From the NCBI GenBank assembly GCA_048264505.1, contig JBLXDA010000007.1, positions 9,407 through 73,406 of the forward strand: a DNA stretch of 64,000 nt, written 5' to 3'. The DNA comes from Aequorivita sp. Lineage in GTDB: Bacteria > Bacteroidota > Bacteroidia > Flavobacteriales > Flavobacteriaceae. A program made the position numbers and the translations under genes. The notes under the pieces are model-generated. The model ran no database searches. It was not told where the DNA came from and saw nothing but the letters and a program-made list of their open reading frames with translations. The stretch's first letter is position 1. Every line of letters starts with the position of its first letter. Below are positions 19,701-29,456 of this stretch, one piece after another.

Positions 19701-22700
19701 GGCCAAATTTCTTCTGCGCTTGTCGCTCCAAAATTAGTTGGATTCAACGGAATTTGAACTTCGTAATAGTTGTTTGTTAAATCGTTCCCCAAACGCATAA
19801 AGGCTACTAAATCGCCATCGCCAAGTGCTGTTTCGTTTTGCAAAGATTCTGCGTGTATAAACATTTCCAGATATTTATACTGGCGCATATCTACATTAAA
19901 GTTTTTATAAACCGAGCGTCCATCATTAGGCTCTAAACCGCACACACGCATAGCAAGAGATTGCTCATTTTCGCGTATAATACTGTTGTTATTGTTTAAT
20001 TCTTCACGAATAATTCCAGGTGGAAGTCTGTAAGGTATTGGCTCACGGTTTTCGTTTTCTTCTATACTTACCGCTTCTACTTCAAATAAAGTGTTGTCGT
20101 TTGAAGGGTCTTCAAAAGTTACATCGTCTAATGTTTTTTCAAATCGTCTGTAATCTCCACGTACTAATTCCATAGTACCAAAACGCAATACTGTATTTTC
20201 TGAAAATTGAGAAAGGAACATACGCATAAAACGAATAGACCTAAAGTCTGAAATTCCATTTATTGCTTGATCAGGTTCACTAATTGGAATTTTAAACTGA
20301 ACCCAACGTACTGGTATCACACTATTGTCTTGAGTAGTAACATCTAGCTCCTTAACATCTGTAATATAATCGTTGTTATCCCTACTCATTCCAGGGAAAA
20401 CAGGAACATTATATTCAAAATAGCTATCAATCGTGTTCATAGTATTGTCACGATTAATATCTTCTACATCGGGCTGGGTTGTACTACCGCGATTGGTATT
20501 GGAAACTTCTACTGGAGAGTTACCTTGTGTTCCATTATACTTTAAATAACGTTGTAAAATATCACCTTCTGCCTGTAAGAAATATTGGTAATCATCATTC
20601 GCAGGATCTTCAAGACCGCTAAAAGCACTAAATTTAGCTGCTTCAGCACTATTATCTAAACCATCTAGCCCTATATCTTGATTAATACGCTCTTGCCCAT
20701 CTGTATCAAAAGTGTATACTAATGATTGATTTGTAGGCACTTTACCCCAATTAGTGGTGGTGGTATTAGTATCACCTCCATCATCTGGAAGACCATTTTC
20801 GTATTGTTTTCTTCCGTCTTTTAAGACATCTTCAGAAATACTTCCTAAGTTGAAATTAATGGTACCTCCGTTATTTCCTGATGTTTCATCATAAATAAAT
20901 GGATCCATCACCCAAAACTGTATATACTCAACATTAGATTGTTCAAAATCTGTAGTGGTAAGTGCTCTCATTATTCCACCAAAACGATCTTCAGGATTTG
21001 GAAGGTTGTTTGTTCCTGCTGCCTCTGGATTAAAGTTGTATTCCCCACGAGTACCTGGGTAATACGCTAAATCTAAAGTGAATAATGCCTGTGTTTGCCC
21101 TTGAATAATATCTTGGTTCGGGAATATTTCATCTCTAAACACACGACGTGTAAATGGCGAAGAAAGATCTTCATCATTTATACCATCTGGTCGTTGTCTA
21201 CTGTAAAAAATAGGATCTATAGTGTACCAAGCAAGTTTTGCACGGTTGTAGTTATACCCTAAATTATCGTTGGTTAGCTCACCGCCAAAACCTACTGGTG
21301 TACTAGAAAGTGACCAACTATTAGGTGTACTTATATCATTTCCTGTTTGTGAAGATTCAAAATCATCAATATACACCGTGGTTTTTCCATTTAAGTCTGA
21401 AACTTTAGGCGCTCCAGGGCTTAAATATGCAAACTCACCTCGTAAAGAAACATTAGACTCTACATCTGTATCTATATTAGGAAGTTTATTAACCATTCTT
21501 GTAAGGAAAGGAACCTCTGTAGAATAATTAACATTAGCACCGTAAATAGTGTTGTTAATTGGTTCTACGCCGTAAGAAGACTTCTGCGTTAATGGACGCT
21601 CGTTAAGATTTAAATACGTAGCACCAATTAAAAACTTATCGCTAAACTTATGCTCTACATTTAAACCAGTAAATCGCTTGCTTTGTTGTCCAAAAAGTGA
21701 ATTGTTCTCTGTGCTTACAGAAATAGGAATATTACTGTTTAATAAGCTAGGATCTATAATTTGTACTTTCCCTAATTGATAGTTTACGGTATAATCTACT
21801 CCTTCTACAAGTGTTCTACCACCTGCAGTAACAGTAACCGATCCTTGCGGTATATTAAAAGCACCTATAGAAATACCATCTGCTCCAGTAGATTTATAAC
21901 TACCTTTTAACTGAAACTTATTCTTTTCACTTTCCTGTTGTTCTGCTTGTGTTTTTGTACCCGTATAAAGTGTTCTAAATACGTATTTAGCCTGATTAGG
22001 GTTATAGGTTTCAGGCATACTATAGGTTGAAGAAGAAGTAGGCAAACTCAACTTTTCAAATAAATGCTCTCCGAAAGGCTCTACAGTTGTAAATATAATT
22101 CGACCGTTTTGAGAGTCTACAGTAAGACCTGGAAGAAAATCGAAGAAACCATCTCCTCCTTGTTGCGGATCATTATTAAAATTAAGCCTGTCTAGACTAA
22201 ATACATCTAGAAGTATTTTATCTTTTACATCTGCAGGTAATTCTGCTCCCGCTTCGGTTAAATAATTTAAAGGTGAAGGATCTGTGTAAAGTATATTCAG
22301 TTTAAAATCTTCTTTTTCTAATTGATACGCTCCAATTGGATAGATGTTTTTCATCATCAAATTCCAAATAGGTTGCTGAACATTTGTTATACTACTCTTC
22401 AAAAGTTTTACAACTAGGTTTTGAGCAAGTCCAGTTTCTTCAGGATTTGTTGTCCCACCTGTATTAGGTATTACACCGCCATTAGCTTCAACCCCATCAC
22501 TAGAAAATTCACCTACTTGGTATACTTTTCCATTTACAGTAAACTGGTAAGAAACCGCTAACACTTCGTCATTTGTTAAACGTTGGTTTAGCGAGATATA
22601 ACCCAGTTGCGAGTTTAAAATATATTCGCTAGGCTCTAAACGTCTTGCGTTTTCAAGGCTTACATAATCTATACCTTCACTTACTTGCACCCCAGTAAAC

Positions 22701-23923
22701 CCTTGACGTACAGTTGCCACATCACGAATAAGTGGGTTTAACAATGTTTGTGCTCCCCCGTTAATACCGAAAGGATTAAAATCGTTGTTCGCGTTATCTG
22801 GATACGCATTTCTAGTGGCATTTACAAAGCCACCTGGAGGCGAATTTAAACCAATATTCAATGGGTTAGATTCACCTATATCTTGTAATGCAACTATGTT
22901 TCTTACATTTTCTGTACGGCTAGTACGGTTTGTAATCCACACTTCCATTCTAGTAACCTGTACGTTACTATTTATAAATGGATATTGCTCTAATGCTCTA
23001 TTGTAGTTATCTCTAAAGTAATGCGCTAAGAAGAAGTGACGGTTATCGTCGTAATCTAAAGCAAAAACCTCAAAATCTGTAATGGTTGCACCACCTTCGG
23101 CATTTACGGTTCTGGTTTCAGACTTTTGTTCAGAGAAAACACCTGTAATGGTTGTCTTTCCAAACTGAAGCTGTGTTTTAACACCAAAAAGACTTTGCGC
23201 CCCCTGAATCAACGAACTGTTTAGTGGCATACTCACGTTACCCACTTCAATTTTTTGAATAATATCGTCTTCCGTTGGAGTGTACTCTAACTTAATCTGG
23301 TTTTGGAAATCGAAAGTGCTTTCGGTATCGTAATTTGCGGTAACCTGAAGTCTTGTTCCTACTTTAGCCAAAAGGCTTAAGCTAATACGTTGGTCAAAAT
23401 CAAAAGAGAAATTGCTTCTGTTTTGTGGTGAATACGCTGGATTGTCTTGTTTGGTATACAGCAATCCTAAGTCCATTTCTACCGAACCTTGTGGTATTAC
23501 TTCAATAGCAGTTCCACCAAAAATAGATTCAAAAAAATCTGAATTCACATAAAATGTAGGCAGCAAGTTTTTCTGTTGTTCTTCAGAACCTTCTTTACGA
23601 CCGTCTGCTGCATCAATTTTTTCTTTGAAATACGCCTTCATCTGCTCTTCTTGAATAAGACGCTGATACTCCTGAGGCGTAAGAATAACAGGATAAGTAA
23701 TATTAAAACTACCCAAAGTCTGGGTGTAAATATACCTGTCTGTTATAGGATCGTAGGTATATAAATCCTGTATACTAACGGGGGTTGGAAGATCCATCCG
23801 TCCCATTTCGTTTCCTACTGCTGTTGAATCTTGTGCCAGCGAAACATTGCTGAACATGATTAAACTTATTATTACTAAAAGCTTGAAAAAGCTACCCTTA
23901 TTAACGTAATTTTTTGCCTTCAA
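16730..23923 (-). CDS. sprA: SprA, type IX secretion system translocon / gliding-motility outer-membrane protein
   Basis: 2397 aa with a signal peptide. Size and sequence are characteristic of the SprA/Sov family. The start codon is TTG, 3 nt after the ruvA stop. Confidence 0.93.
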   Translation of the reverse strand: MKAKNYVNKGSFFKLLVIISLIMFSNVSLAQDSTAVGNEMGRMDLPTPVSIQDLYTYDPITDRYIYTQTLGSFNITYPVILTPQEYQRLIQEEQMKAYFKEKIDAADGRKEGSEEQQKNLLPTFYVNSDFFESIFGGTAIEVIPQGSVEMDLGLLYTKQDNPAYSPQNRSNFSFDFDQRISLSLLAKVGTRLQVTANYDTESTFDFQNQIKLEYTPTEDDIIQKIEVGNVSMPLNSSLIQGAQSLFGVKTQLQFGKTTITGVFSEQKSETRTVNAEGGATITDFEVFALDYDDNRHFFLAHYFRDNYNRALEQYPFINSNVQVTRMEVWITNRTSRTENVRNIVALQDIGESNPLNIGLNSPPGGFVNATRNAYPDNANNDFNPFGINGGAQTLLNPLIRDVATVRQGFTGVQVSEGIDYVSLENARRLEPSEYILNSQLGYISLNQRLTNDEVLAVSYQFTVNGKVYQVGEFSSDGVEANGGVIPNTGGTTNPEETGLAQNLVVKLLKSSITNVQQPIWNLMMKNIYPIGAYQLEKEDFKLNILYTDPSPLNYLTEAGAELPADVKDKILLDVFSLDRLNFNNDPQQGGDGFFDFLPGLTVDSQNGRIIFTTVEPFGEHLFEKLSLPTSSSTYSMPETYNPNQAKYVFRTLYTGTKTQAEQQESEKNKFQLKGSYKSTGADGISIGAFNIPQGSVTVTAGGRTLVEGVDYTVNYQLGKVQIIDPSLLNSNIPISVSTENNSLFGQQSKRFTGLNVEHKFSDKFLIGATYLNLNERPLTQKSSYGVEPINNTIYGANVNYSTEVPFLTRMVNKLPNIDTDVESNVSLRGEFAYLSPGAPKVSDLNGKTTVYIDDFESSQTGNDISTPNSWSLSSTPVGFGGELTNDNLGYNYNRAKLAWYTIDPIFYSRQRPDGINDEDLSSPFTRRVFRDEIFPNQDIIQGQTQALFTLDLAYYPGTRGEYNFNPEAAGTNNLPNPEDRFGGIMRALTTTDFEQSNVEYIQFWVMDPFIYDETSGNNGGTINFNLGSISEDVLKDGRKQYENGLPDDGGDTNTTTTNWGKVPTNQSLVYTFDTDGQERINQDIGLDGLDNSAEAAKFSAFSGLEDPANDDYQYFLQAEGDILQRYLKYNGTQGNSPVEVSNTNRGSTTQPDVEDINRDNTMNTIDSYFEYNVPVFPGMSRDNNDYITDVKELDVTTQDNSVIPVRWVQFKIPISEPDQAINGISDFRSIRFMRMFLSQFSENTVLRFGTMELVRGDYRRFEKTLDDVTFEDPSNDNTLFEVEAVSIEENENREPIPYRLPPGIIREELNNNNSIIRENEQSLAMRVCGLEPNDGRSVYKNFNVDMRQYKYLEMFIHAESLQNETALGDGDLVAFMRLGNDLTNNYYEVQIPLNPTNFGATSAEEIWPEVNRLNLPLELLQQVKTRTPLNSTDVVYYTQSELEGGISGGDNELTIGIKGNPSFGNVRTIMLGVKNSTNSDLCGEVWFNELRMSELKNQGGWAAVVNMDANIADFATVSATGKRSTVGFGSIEQGPNERSREDLQQYGVVTNVNLGQLLPKKWGIQLPFNYGRSEELITPQYDPEFQDIELDARLDNAADEAEKDRIKNQAVDYTKRQSVNFIGVRKERTGDKKPRVYDVENFTASFSYNQTDHHDFEVEDALEQNVRVGGTYNYNFTAKPVEPFKKNDSLFRSKYWQFMKDFNFNYLPTNISVSSNITRQYNEQKFREINLLEGNIGLPTLYQRNYLFDWQYTINHNLTKSLRFNFTSSNNMIVNNYLDDSGLVNNDIGIWDGFFDVGSPDQHFQSLQLNYDLPFNKFPFLKFLRATYSYTGDYQWQRGSTQFNEIEIELSDGSTNVYNLGNSIQNASTHQINSSLDMNGFYRYIGLTKIKKSKPKKSSGNNSNGDDKKESREGKLEKENNNSLTKNNSNSPKLLANGAGAGGGLNAGDKAINSLIGLATMVKKVQFNYQENNGIYLPGYLPSIGFIGTLKPSTGFVFGSQADVRELAARKGWLTLYPEFNEQYTEVESRQMDIQANLEPINDLTIDINGSRIYSENYSENYIVSDELYRSLTPNTFGNFNISTVLIKTAFSASDENSSAAFDDFKDNRLTVANRLAEEHYQGRAIPRDSLGYPVGFGRNSQDVLLPSFLAAYKGSNASKEKTGIFRNIPLPNWDVKYTGLMNIPWFKKNFKRFSLAHGYRASYTVNQFQSNLDYDTTNPEAVDQAGNFKVKTLLTNVNLTEQFSPLLRIDFEMQNSIKILAEMRKDRALSLSFANNLLTEIKGNEYIIGFGYRIKDLRIGTNFGGKKSVITSDLNFKLDLSRRDNITVVRYLDLLNNQTTAGQTIYGAQLSVDYALSKNLTALFYYDHTFSEYAISTAFPQTTIRSGFTLRYNFGN

Positions 23924-23926
23924 ATT

Positions 23927-24508
23927 TTACAAATTTTTTAAAGCTTGTTTAATAATCATTTCTACCGAAGCCTCTGGATTCTCTTTCACAATAGAATCTA
24001 TTACTTTCTCAGACTGCTTGCGAACAAAACCTAAGGTCTCCAAAGCAGATAACGCTTCATTTTTATTAGTATTGCTCGTACTGGCAGAAATAGACGACAA
24101 ACCGTACACTTTTAAAATCTTATCTTTTAAGTCTAAGACTACGCGTTGTGCGGTCTTAGCTCCTATTCCTTTTACAGATTGTATAGCTGCTATATCGTTA
24201 GTTGCAATTGCATCTACAACTTGTCCTGGCGCCATTGAAGAAAGCATAGCTCTAGCCGTACTTGCTCCTACCCCAGAAACACTTATAAGCAACCTAAAAA
24301 TTTCACGTTCCGCTACACTTGAAAAACCATATAAAATATGTGCGTCTTCCCGAACTTGCAAATGTGTAAAAAGTTTAACATTTTCAGCTTGGGGAAGTTC
24401 AGAAAAAGTATGCAAAGAAATATTGATAAAGTAACCTACTCCACTGCATTCTATCACTACGTTGGTTGGGCTTTTTTCTACTAGCCTGCCCTGTATATGG
24501 GTTATCAT
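23927..24508 (-). CDS. ruvA: Holliday junction branch migration protein RuvA
   Basis: 193 aa with an OB-fold N-terminus and the HhH motifs SVSGVGASTA and VKGIGAKTA. Confidence 0.95.
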   Translation of the reverse strand: MITHIQGRLVEKSPTNVVIECSGVGYFINISLHTFSELPQAENVKLFTHLQVREDAHILYGFSSVAEREIFRLLISVSGVGASTARAMLSSMAPGQVVDAIATNDIAAIQSVKGIGAKTAQRVVLDLKDKILKVYGLSSISASTSNTNKNEALSALETLGFVRKQSEKVIDSIVKENPEASVEMIIKQALKNL

Positions 24509-24531
24509 GTGTTAACGAAAACTTAAAGGCT

Positions 24532-24539
24532 CAAATATA
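24532..24539 (-). promoter_or_regulatory. Candidate -7 promoter box TATATTTG upstream of ruvA-sprA
   Basis: Plus strand CAAATATA. Exact TAnnTTTG match 23 nt upstream of the ruvA ATG. Confidence 0.45.
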
Positions 24540-24773
24540 GCATAAATATTTACAAATGGCATTGGGGTTTTAGTGAAAAATATTAAGAGTGAATTACGGA
24601 GGTAAGCTCAATTAGCTTTTAACTGTTTTTTATGCTCTTTAACAAAAAAATGTCTCTAAAAATTGACCCGTCTATATCGTTCTTGTTAGCCGTTGGGAGA
24701 AAACCAAGCTGTAGTCCCGGAAGACAATCAGCTATCAACACACAACCCCTGTACAAAATTGAATAGACAACCA

Positions 24774-27065
24774 TCAACCAGCAACGTTCTTCGCTCTTTT
24801 CTCTTTTTGTTGCGCATCTACAACAGCCACGGCAGCCATATTAACTATTTCTTCTACACTAGCACCTAATTGCAGTATATGCACCGGCTTACGCATCCCC
24901 AACATAATAGGACCTATAGACTCTACACTGTTTAGCTCTTTCAATAATTTGTAATTACTATTTGCCGAATCGAGGTTTGGAAAAATAAGCGCATTTACCT
25001 TCTTGCCAGCCAATTTTGAAAACGGAAATTTCTTCTGAAGCATTTCCGGGTTTAACGCAAAATCTGTTTGTAGCTCGCCATCTACTATCATATCTGGATT
25101 GCTCTTGTGAAGCAAGTCTACGGCCTCACGTACTTTTGTAGCATGAGGATCTTTAGAGGATCCAAAGTTAGCGTACGAAATCATTGCTATTACAGGCTGT
25201 AAACCAAACATTTTCATAGTGTAATTGGTCATTTGTGCAATCTTAGCAAGCTCCTTTGCTGTAGGATCAATGTTTATAGAAGTATCTGAAATAAACAAAG
25301 GTCCTCGTTTGGTAAGCATCAAGTTTGTAGTTGCTACTTTAGAAACACCTTCAAACCTACCCACAGTTTCAAAAACAGGAAGTACTACAGATGGATAAGA
25401 ACGCGCATAACCCGAAATCATACAGTCTACATCGCCTTCACTAAGCATCATACCCGCAAAGTAATTGCGTTCGCGCACAAGCTTTTCTGCTGTGTATAGA
25501 GAAATACCACTTCTTCTTCTTTTTTCCCATAGTTTAATAGCGTAATGCTGTAGCTTGTCTGCCTCCTCATCACTTTTAGGATCTATTATCTCTAGGTCCG
25601 CATCAAAATCTATTTGCTCCATTAGCTCAAGAATAATTTCTTTTCTTCCCAATAAAACAGGGATCCCAATACCTTCTTCTAACACAATTTGAGCGGCTTT
25701 TAATACATCTAGATGATCTGCTTCGGCAAAAACAATACGTTTAGGACTTAACTTTGCGCGGTTTATTAGCAAACGAATAATTTTATTATCGCTACCCATA
25801 CGCTCGTTTAGCTCATCTGTATATTTCTCCCAATCTGTAATCTCTGTTGTTGCCACACCACTTTCCATAGCAGCCTTTGCAACTGCTGGAGGTACGGCAG
25901 CAATTAAGCGCGGATCAAAAGGTTTTGGAATTATATACTCACGCCCAAAAGTGAGTTTGGTTTCGCCATATGCAATATTTACTTGCTCAGGCACAGGCTC
26001 TTTAGCGAGTTCTGCCAGAGCTTTAACGGCAGCCATTTTCATAGCTTCGTTAATTTTTGTTGCGCGTACATCTAGCGCACCTCTAAAAATAAACGGAAAA
26101 CCAAGTACGTTGTTAACTTGGTTAGGATGGTCGCTACGTCCCGTAGCCATAATAATATCCTTACGTGTTTTAACAGCTAAATCGTACTCAATTTCTGGAT
26201 CTGGATTTGCCATAGCAAATACGATAGGGTTTGGCGCCATACTATTAAGCATTTCTGGCGACACTATATCTTTAACCGAAAGCCCCACAAAAACGTCTGC
26301 ATCTTTCATGGCTTCCTCTAAGGTATCTATCTTTCTATGGGTTGCAAACTCGGCTTTTTCTTCAGATAAACTATCGCGATCGTCTCTAATAACCCCTTTG
26401 CTATCTAACATAACAATATTCTCTGGCTTAGCTCCAAATGCCTTGTAAAGCCGAGTACAAGAAACCGCTGCTGCTCCAGCACCACTTATTACGATAGACA
26501 CATCTTCTATCTTTTTTTCTGAAATCTCTAAAGCATTGAGTAATGCTGCCGCCGAAATGATAGCCGTACCGTGCTGGTCGTCATGCATAACAGGAATATC
26601 AAGCTCCTCTTTTAATCTACGTTCAATTTCAAAAGCTTCGGGCGCTTTAATATCTTCTAGGTTAATACCCCCAAAAGTAGGAGCTATGTTTTTTACCGTA
26701 GCAATAAACTCTTCTATGTTTTCTGTGTTTACCTCAATATCGAAAACATCTATATCGGCAAATATTTTAAAAAGCAATCCCTTGCCCTCCATAACTGGTT
26801 TTGAAGCTTCTGGACCTATATTTCCCAATCCTAAAACAGCGGTTCCGTTAGAAATTACCGCTACTAAGTTTCCTTTATTAGTGTATTTATAGACGTTATT
26901 TACATTTTTTTCAATCTCAAGACAAGGCTCTGCTACGCCAGGCGAATACGCCAAACTAAGGTCGCGTTGGGTAGAATAACTTTTAGTGGGAATAACTTGT
27001 ATTTTCCCTGGCTTCGGCTTTGCGTGATACAAAAGGGCTTCTCTACGTTTACTTTGCTTGCTCAT
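24774..27065 (-). CDS. maeB: NADP-dependent malic enzyme (malic enzyme plus PTA-like C-terminal domain)
   Basis: 763 aa. N-terminal malic-enzyme domain (VISNGTAVLGLGNIGP, Rossmann GAGAAA) and a phosphotransacetylase-like C-terminal half. Confidence 0.93.
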   Translation of the reverse strand: MSKQSKRREALLYHAKPKPGKIQVIPTKSYSTQRDLSLAYSPGVAEPCLEIEKNVNNVYKYTNKGNLVAVISNGTAVLGLGNIGPEASKPVMEGKGLLFKIFADIDVFDIEVNTENIEEFIATVKNIAPTFGGINLEDIKAPEAFEIERRLKEELDIPVMHDDQHGTAIISAAALLNALEISEKKIEDVSIVISGAGAAAVSCTRLYKAFGAKPENIVMLDSKGVIRDDRDSLSEEKAEFATHRKIDTLEEAMKDADVFVGLSVKDIVSPEMLNSMAPNPIVFAMANPDPEIEYDLAVKTRKDIIMATGRSDHPNQVNNVLGFPFIFRGALDVRATKINEAMKMAAVKALAELAKEPVPEQVNIAYGETKLTFGREYIIPKPFDPRLIAAVPPAVAKAAMESGVATTEITDWEKYTDELNERMGSDNKIIRLLINRAKLSPKRIVFAEADHLDVLKAAQIVLEEGIGIPVLLGRKEIILELMEQIDFDADLEIIDPKSDEEADKLQHYAIKLWEKRRRSGISLYTAEKLVRERNYFAGMMLSEGDVDCMISGYARSYPSVVLPVFETVGRFEGVSKVATTNLMLTKRGPLFISDTSINIDPTAKELAKIAQMTNYTMKMFGLQPVIAMISYANFGSSKDPHATKVREAVDLLHKSNPDMIVDGELQTDFALNPEMLQKKFPFSKLAGKKVNALIFPNLDSANSNYKLLKELNSVESIGPIMLGMRKPVHILQLGASVEEIVNMAAVAVVDAQQKEKRAKNVAG

Positions 27066-27144
27066 ATATTGATACTGTTTTATTAGTGTATTTATGTCTC
27101 TGCGAAATTACTTTTAAATATAAAAATTAATATACCGCAACTAA

Positions 27145-27152
27145 CAAAGGTA
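27145..27152 (-). promoter_or_regulatory. Candidate -7 promoter box TACCTTTG upstream of maeB
   Basis: Plus strand CAAAGGTA. Matches TAnnTTTG about 80 nt upstream of the ATG. Confidence 0.35.
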
Positions 27153-27184
27153 TAAGGTTATCTTTAATGAAGAAATTATAAATG

Positions 27185-28111
27185 CTAATCTTTTATGAAG
27201 TTTATATTTCGTGTTAAGCCAGAATATTTAGTGCGTTTTACAGCGCTTTTTTTAAATATTTTCTGAAAAACAGCTTCAGTAATTTCTTCCCAATCTTTTT
27301 TACTCATCGATAAAAGCTCTGGATGAGGGTTAAAAAGTGGTTCATTATGAGGCTTACTAAACCTATTCCAAGGGCATACATCCTGGCAAATATCACAACC
27401 AAACATCCAATCCTGAAAACTTCCTTTATGCGAAGTAGGAATTTCGTTTTTCAATTCTATCGTAAAATAAGAAATACACTTACTGCCGTCTACTACTCTA
27501 TCTGAAACTATTGCCTGGGTAGGACAAGCGTCTATACAAGCAGTGCAGCTACCACAATGGTCTGTTACGGGATTGTCGTATTCTAAATCTAAATCGACAA
27601 TTAATTCTGCTATAAAATAAAATGAACCTTGTTGTTTTGTGAGCAGATTACTGTGCTTACCAATCCACCCCAAACCGCTTTTTGCAGCCCACGCCTTATC
27701 TAAAACCGGCGCCGAATCTACAAAGGCACGTCCGTGAACATCGCCAATTTCTTCTGAAATAAAATTTAGCAATAGCTTCAGTTTATCTTTAATAACAAAG
27801 TGATAGTCTGTACCATAAGCGTATTTAGATAGTTTATAACTTTCTGAAGTTTGTGTTTGATCAGGGTAGTAATTCAGCAATAAAGAAATGACACTTTTAG
27901 ATCCCGGAACCAGCTTTGTAGGGTCTAAGCGTTTATCAAAATGGTTTTCCATATATCCCATTTCACCTTGCATATTCTTGTTGAGCCAGTTTTCTAACCT
28001 TGGTGCTTCTTCTTCTAAAAAGCTAGCTTTGCTTATACCACAAGAAAGAAAGCCAAGGCGTTTTGCTTCGGCTTTTATAGACTGGGTATATCTAGCTCTA
28101 TTTTCAATCAT
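27185..28111 (-). CDS. queG: Epoxyqueuosine reductase QueG
   Basis: 308 aa with the 4Fe-4S motifs [12 protein letters not shown] and [11 protein letters not shown]. Confidence 0.9.
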   Translation of the reverse strand: MIENRARYTQSIKAEAKRLGFLSCGISKASFLEEEAPRLENWLNKNMQGEMGYMENHFDKRLDPTKLVPGSKSVISLLLNYYPDQTQTSESYKLSKYAYGTDYHFVIKDKLKLLLNFISEEIGDVHGRAFVDSAPVLDKAWAAKSGLGWIGKHSNLLTKQQGSFYFIAELIVDLDLEYDNPVTDHCGSCTACIDACPTQAIVSDRVVDGSKCISYFTIELKNEIPTSHKGSFQDWMFGCDICQDVCPWNRFSKPHNEPLFNPHPELLSMSKKDWEEITEAVFQKIFKKSAVKRTKYSGLTRNINFIKD

Positions 28112-28114
28112 ACT

Positions 28115-29446
28115 TTACCTATAATTGAATTCTAAAATAGCGTTTTTTGGTTTTAATGTAATAAGCGGTTGTATTTCTATAGGTGTTTTCTTTTCTTCAA
28201 TTTTATACTTTTTTACAATTTCGGCAATCGCTAGCACCATTTCATACATCGCAAAATTATTTCCTATACACATACGCGGACCCGCTCCAAATGGAAAATA
28301 CTGACCCGAATATTCGCTGGGCTTTACATTGTAAAACCGCTCTGGCATAAACTTCTCTGGCTGCTCCCAATATTTAGGGTTGCTGTGAATTTCGAGCACT
28401 GAAAACAATAGATTAGAACCTTTTGGAATAAAAACACCTTCAAATTCATCGTCTTCTTTATTAACGCGGTCTATGAAATAGGCAGGCGGATAAAGCCGTA
28501 AGGACTCCTCTATCGCACTTTTTGTATACGGACAGTTTTTTATAAAATCTAATAAGCTTTCAGAAGTATTTGTTGCATTAATTACTTCGGCATAAATTTT
28601 TTCTTGTACCTCTGGGTTGCGTGCCAATAATTCGCAAGTAAAAGTGAGGGCGTTTGATGTAGTCTCGTGCCCTGCAGTAAACAGTATTAGTATTTCATCT
28701 ATAAGTTGCTCGTCCTCCATTGCGCTTCCATCTTCATAACGCGCATCTAGAAGCATATCCAGCAAATCGTCTTCACGTTTTCCAGAATCGCGACGTTCAT
28801 TGACTAGTTTTTTTAAGATTTTACGTGCGGTTTCTGTTTCGGCTAGATGTTTATTAATTTTTCCGCTCCACTTAAACCACCATCCAAAATAGGGCTGACG
28901 CAGCTCTTTTACCAACATTCGCTGGGCAGATTCTGTGATATACTGAAGCCGGTTAATCTCATCTTGATTTACAGCACTGCTAAAAAGCGACTTTACAACG
29001 GTCTGAAAAGCAAGGTCGTTAAAAATTGGAAATACCGCGATGGGCTTAGCTACCTCTATGTTTACAAGTTCGGTTTTAATGGCATCTAGAACCTTCCCCA
29101 ATAGATTTGCCAACTGTTTTTTATGAAATGCAGGTTGTATAAGTTTGCGTTGTTTTTGCCATAATTTCCCTTCAGAAGTTAAAAGACCGAAACCTACATA
29201 TTTAGACAAATCGCGTGTTTGAATTAAGGATTTTGTGTAGTTTTTATGGTTTTTCTGAAGCGCGTATTGAGCAAAACCCGGATTTCTAGAAAAGATTACA
29301 GAATTTCCAAAACCTAATTTAAGCCGAAAAGTATCGCCTTTCGTTTCAAAATTTTTATGATGAAAAGGCAATGGGTTTTTAAGAATTTGAGTAGCATTAA
29401 ACAAAAACCTAAATGTAGAAACAGCTGGAATTATATTTTTTTCCAT
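28115..29446 (-). CDS. Cytochrome P450
   Basis: 443 aa with the heme-thiolate loop FPFGAGPRMCIGNNFA, I-helix AGHETTS and ExxR (ESLR). Confidence 0.9.
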   Translation of the reverse strand: MEKNIIPAVSTFRFLFNATQILKNPLPFHHKNFETKGDTFRLKLGFGNSVIFSRNPGFAQYALQKNHKNYTKSLIQTRDLSKYVGFGLLTSEGKLWQKQRKLIQPAFHKKQLANLLGKVLDAIKTELVNIEVAKPIAVFPIFNDLAFQTVVKSLFSSAVNQDEINRLQYITESAQRMLVKELRQPYFGWWFKWSGKINKHLAETETARKILKKLVNERRDSGKREDDLLDMLLDARYEDGSAMEDEQLIDEILILFTAGHETTSNALTFTCELLARNPEVQEKIYAEVINATNTSESLLDFIKNCPYTKSAIEESLRLYPPAYFIDRVNKEDDEFEGVFIPKGSNLLFSVLEIHSNPKYWEQPEKFMPERFYNVKPSEYSGQYFPFGAGPRMCIGNNFAMYEMVLAIAEIVKKYKIEEKKTPIEIQPLITLKPKNAILEFNYR

Positions 29447-29456
29447 ACTGAGTGTT

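Noticed and set aside
24632-24766. A 44-codon plus-strand ORF (MLFNKKMSLKIDPS...) and a locally GC-richer segment with a GGAA-containing hairpin (AGCUG...CCCGGAAGAC...CAGCU) in the 265 bp maeB-ruvA gap. I considered a small protein or an SRP (4.5S) RNA.
   Set aside because: The hairpin does not reproduce the conserved SRP domain IV sequence (GGUCC-GGAA-GGAAGCAGC), and no long closing helix could be found by eye. The ORF has no recognisable features and lies antisense to the ruvA promoter region. It cannot be supported without covariance-model or expression data.
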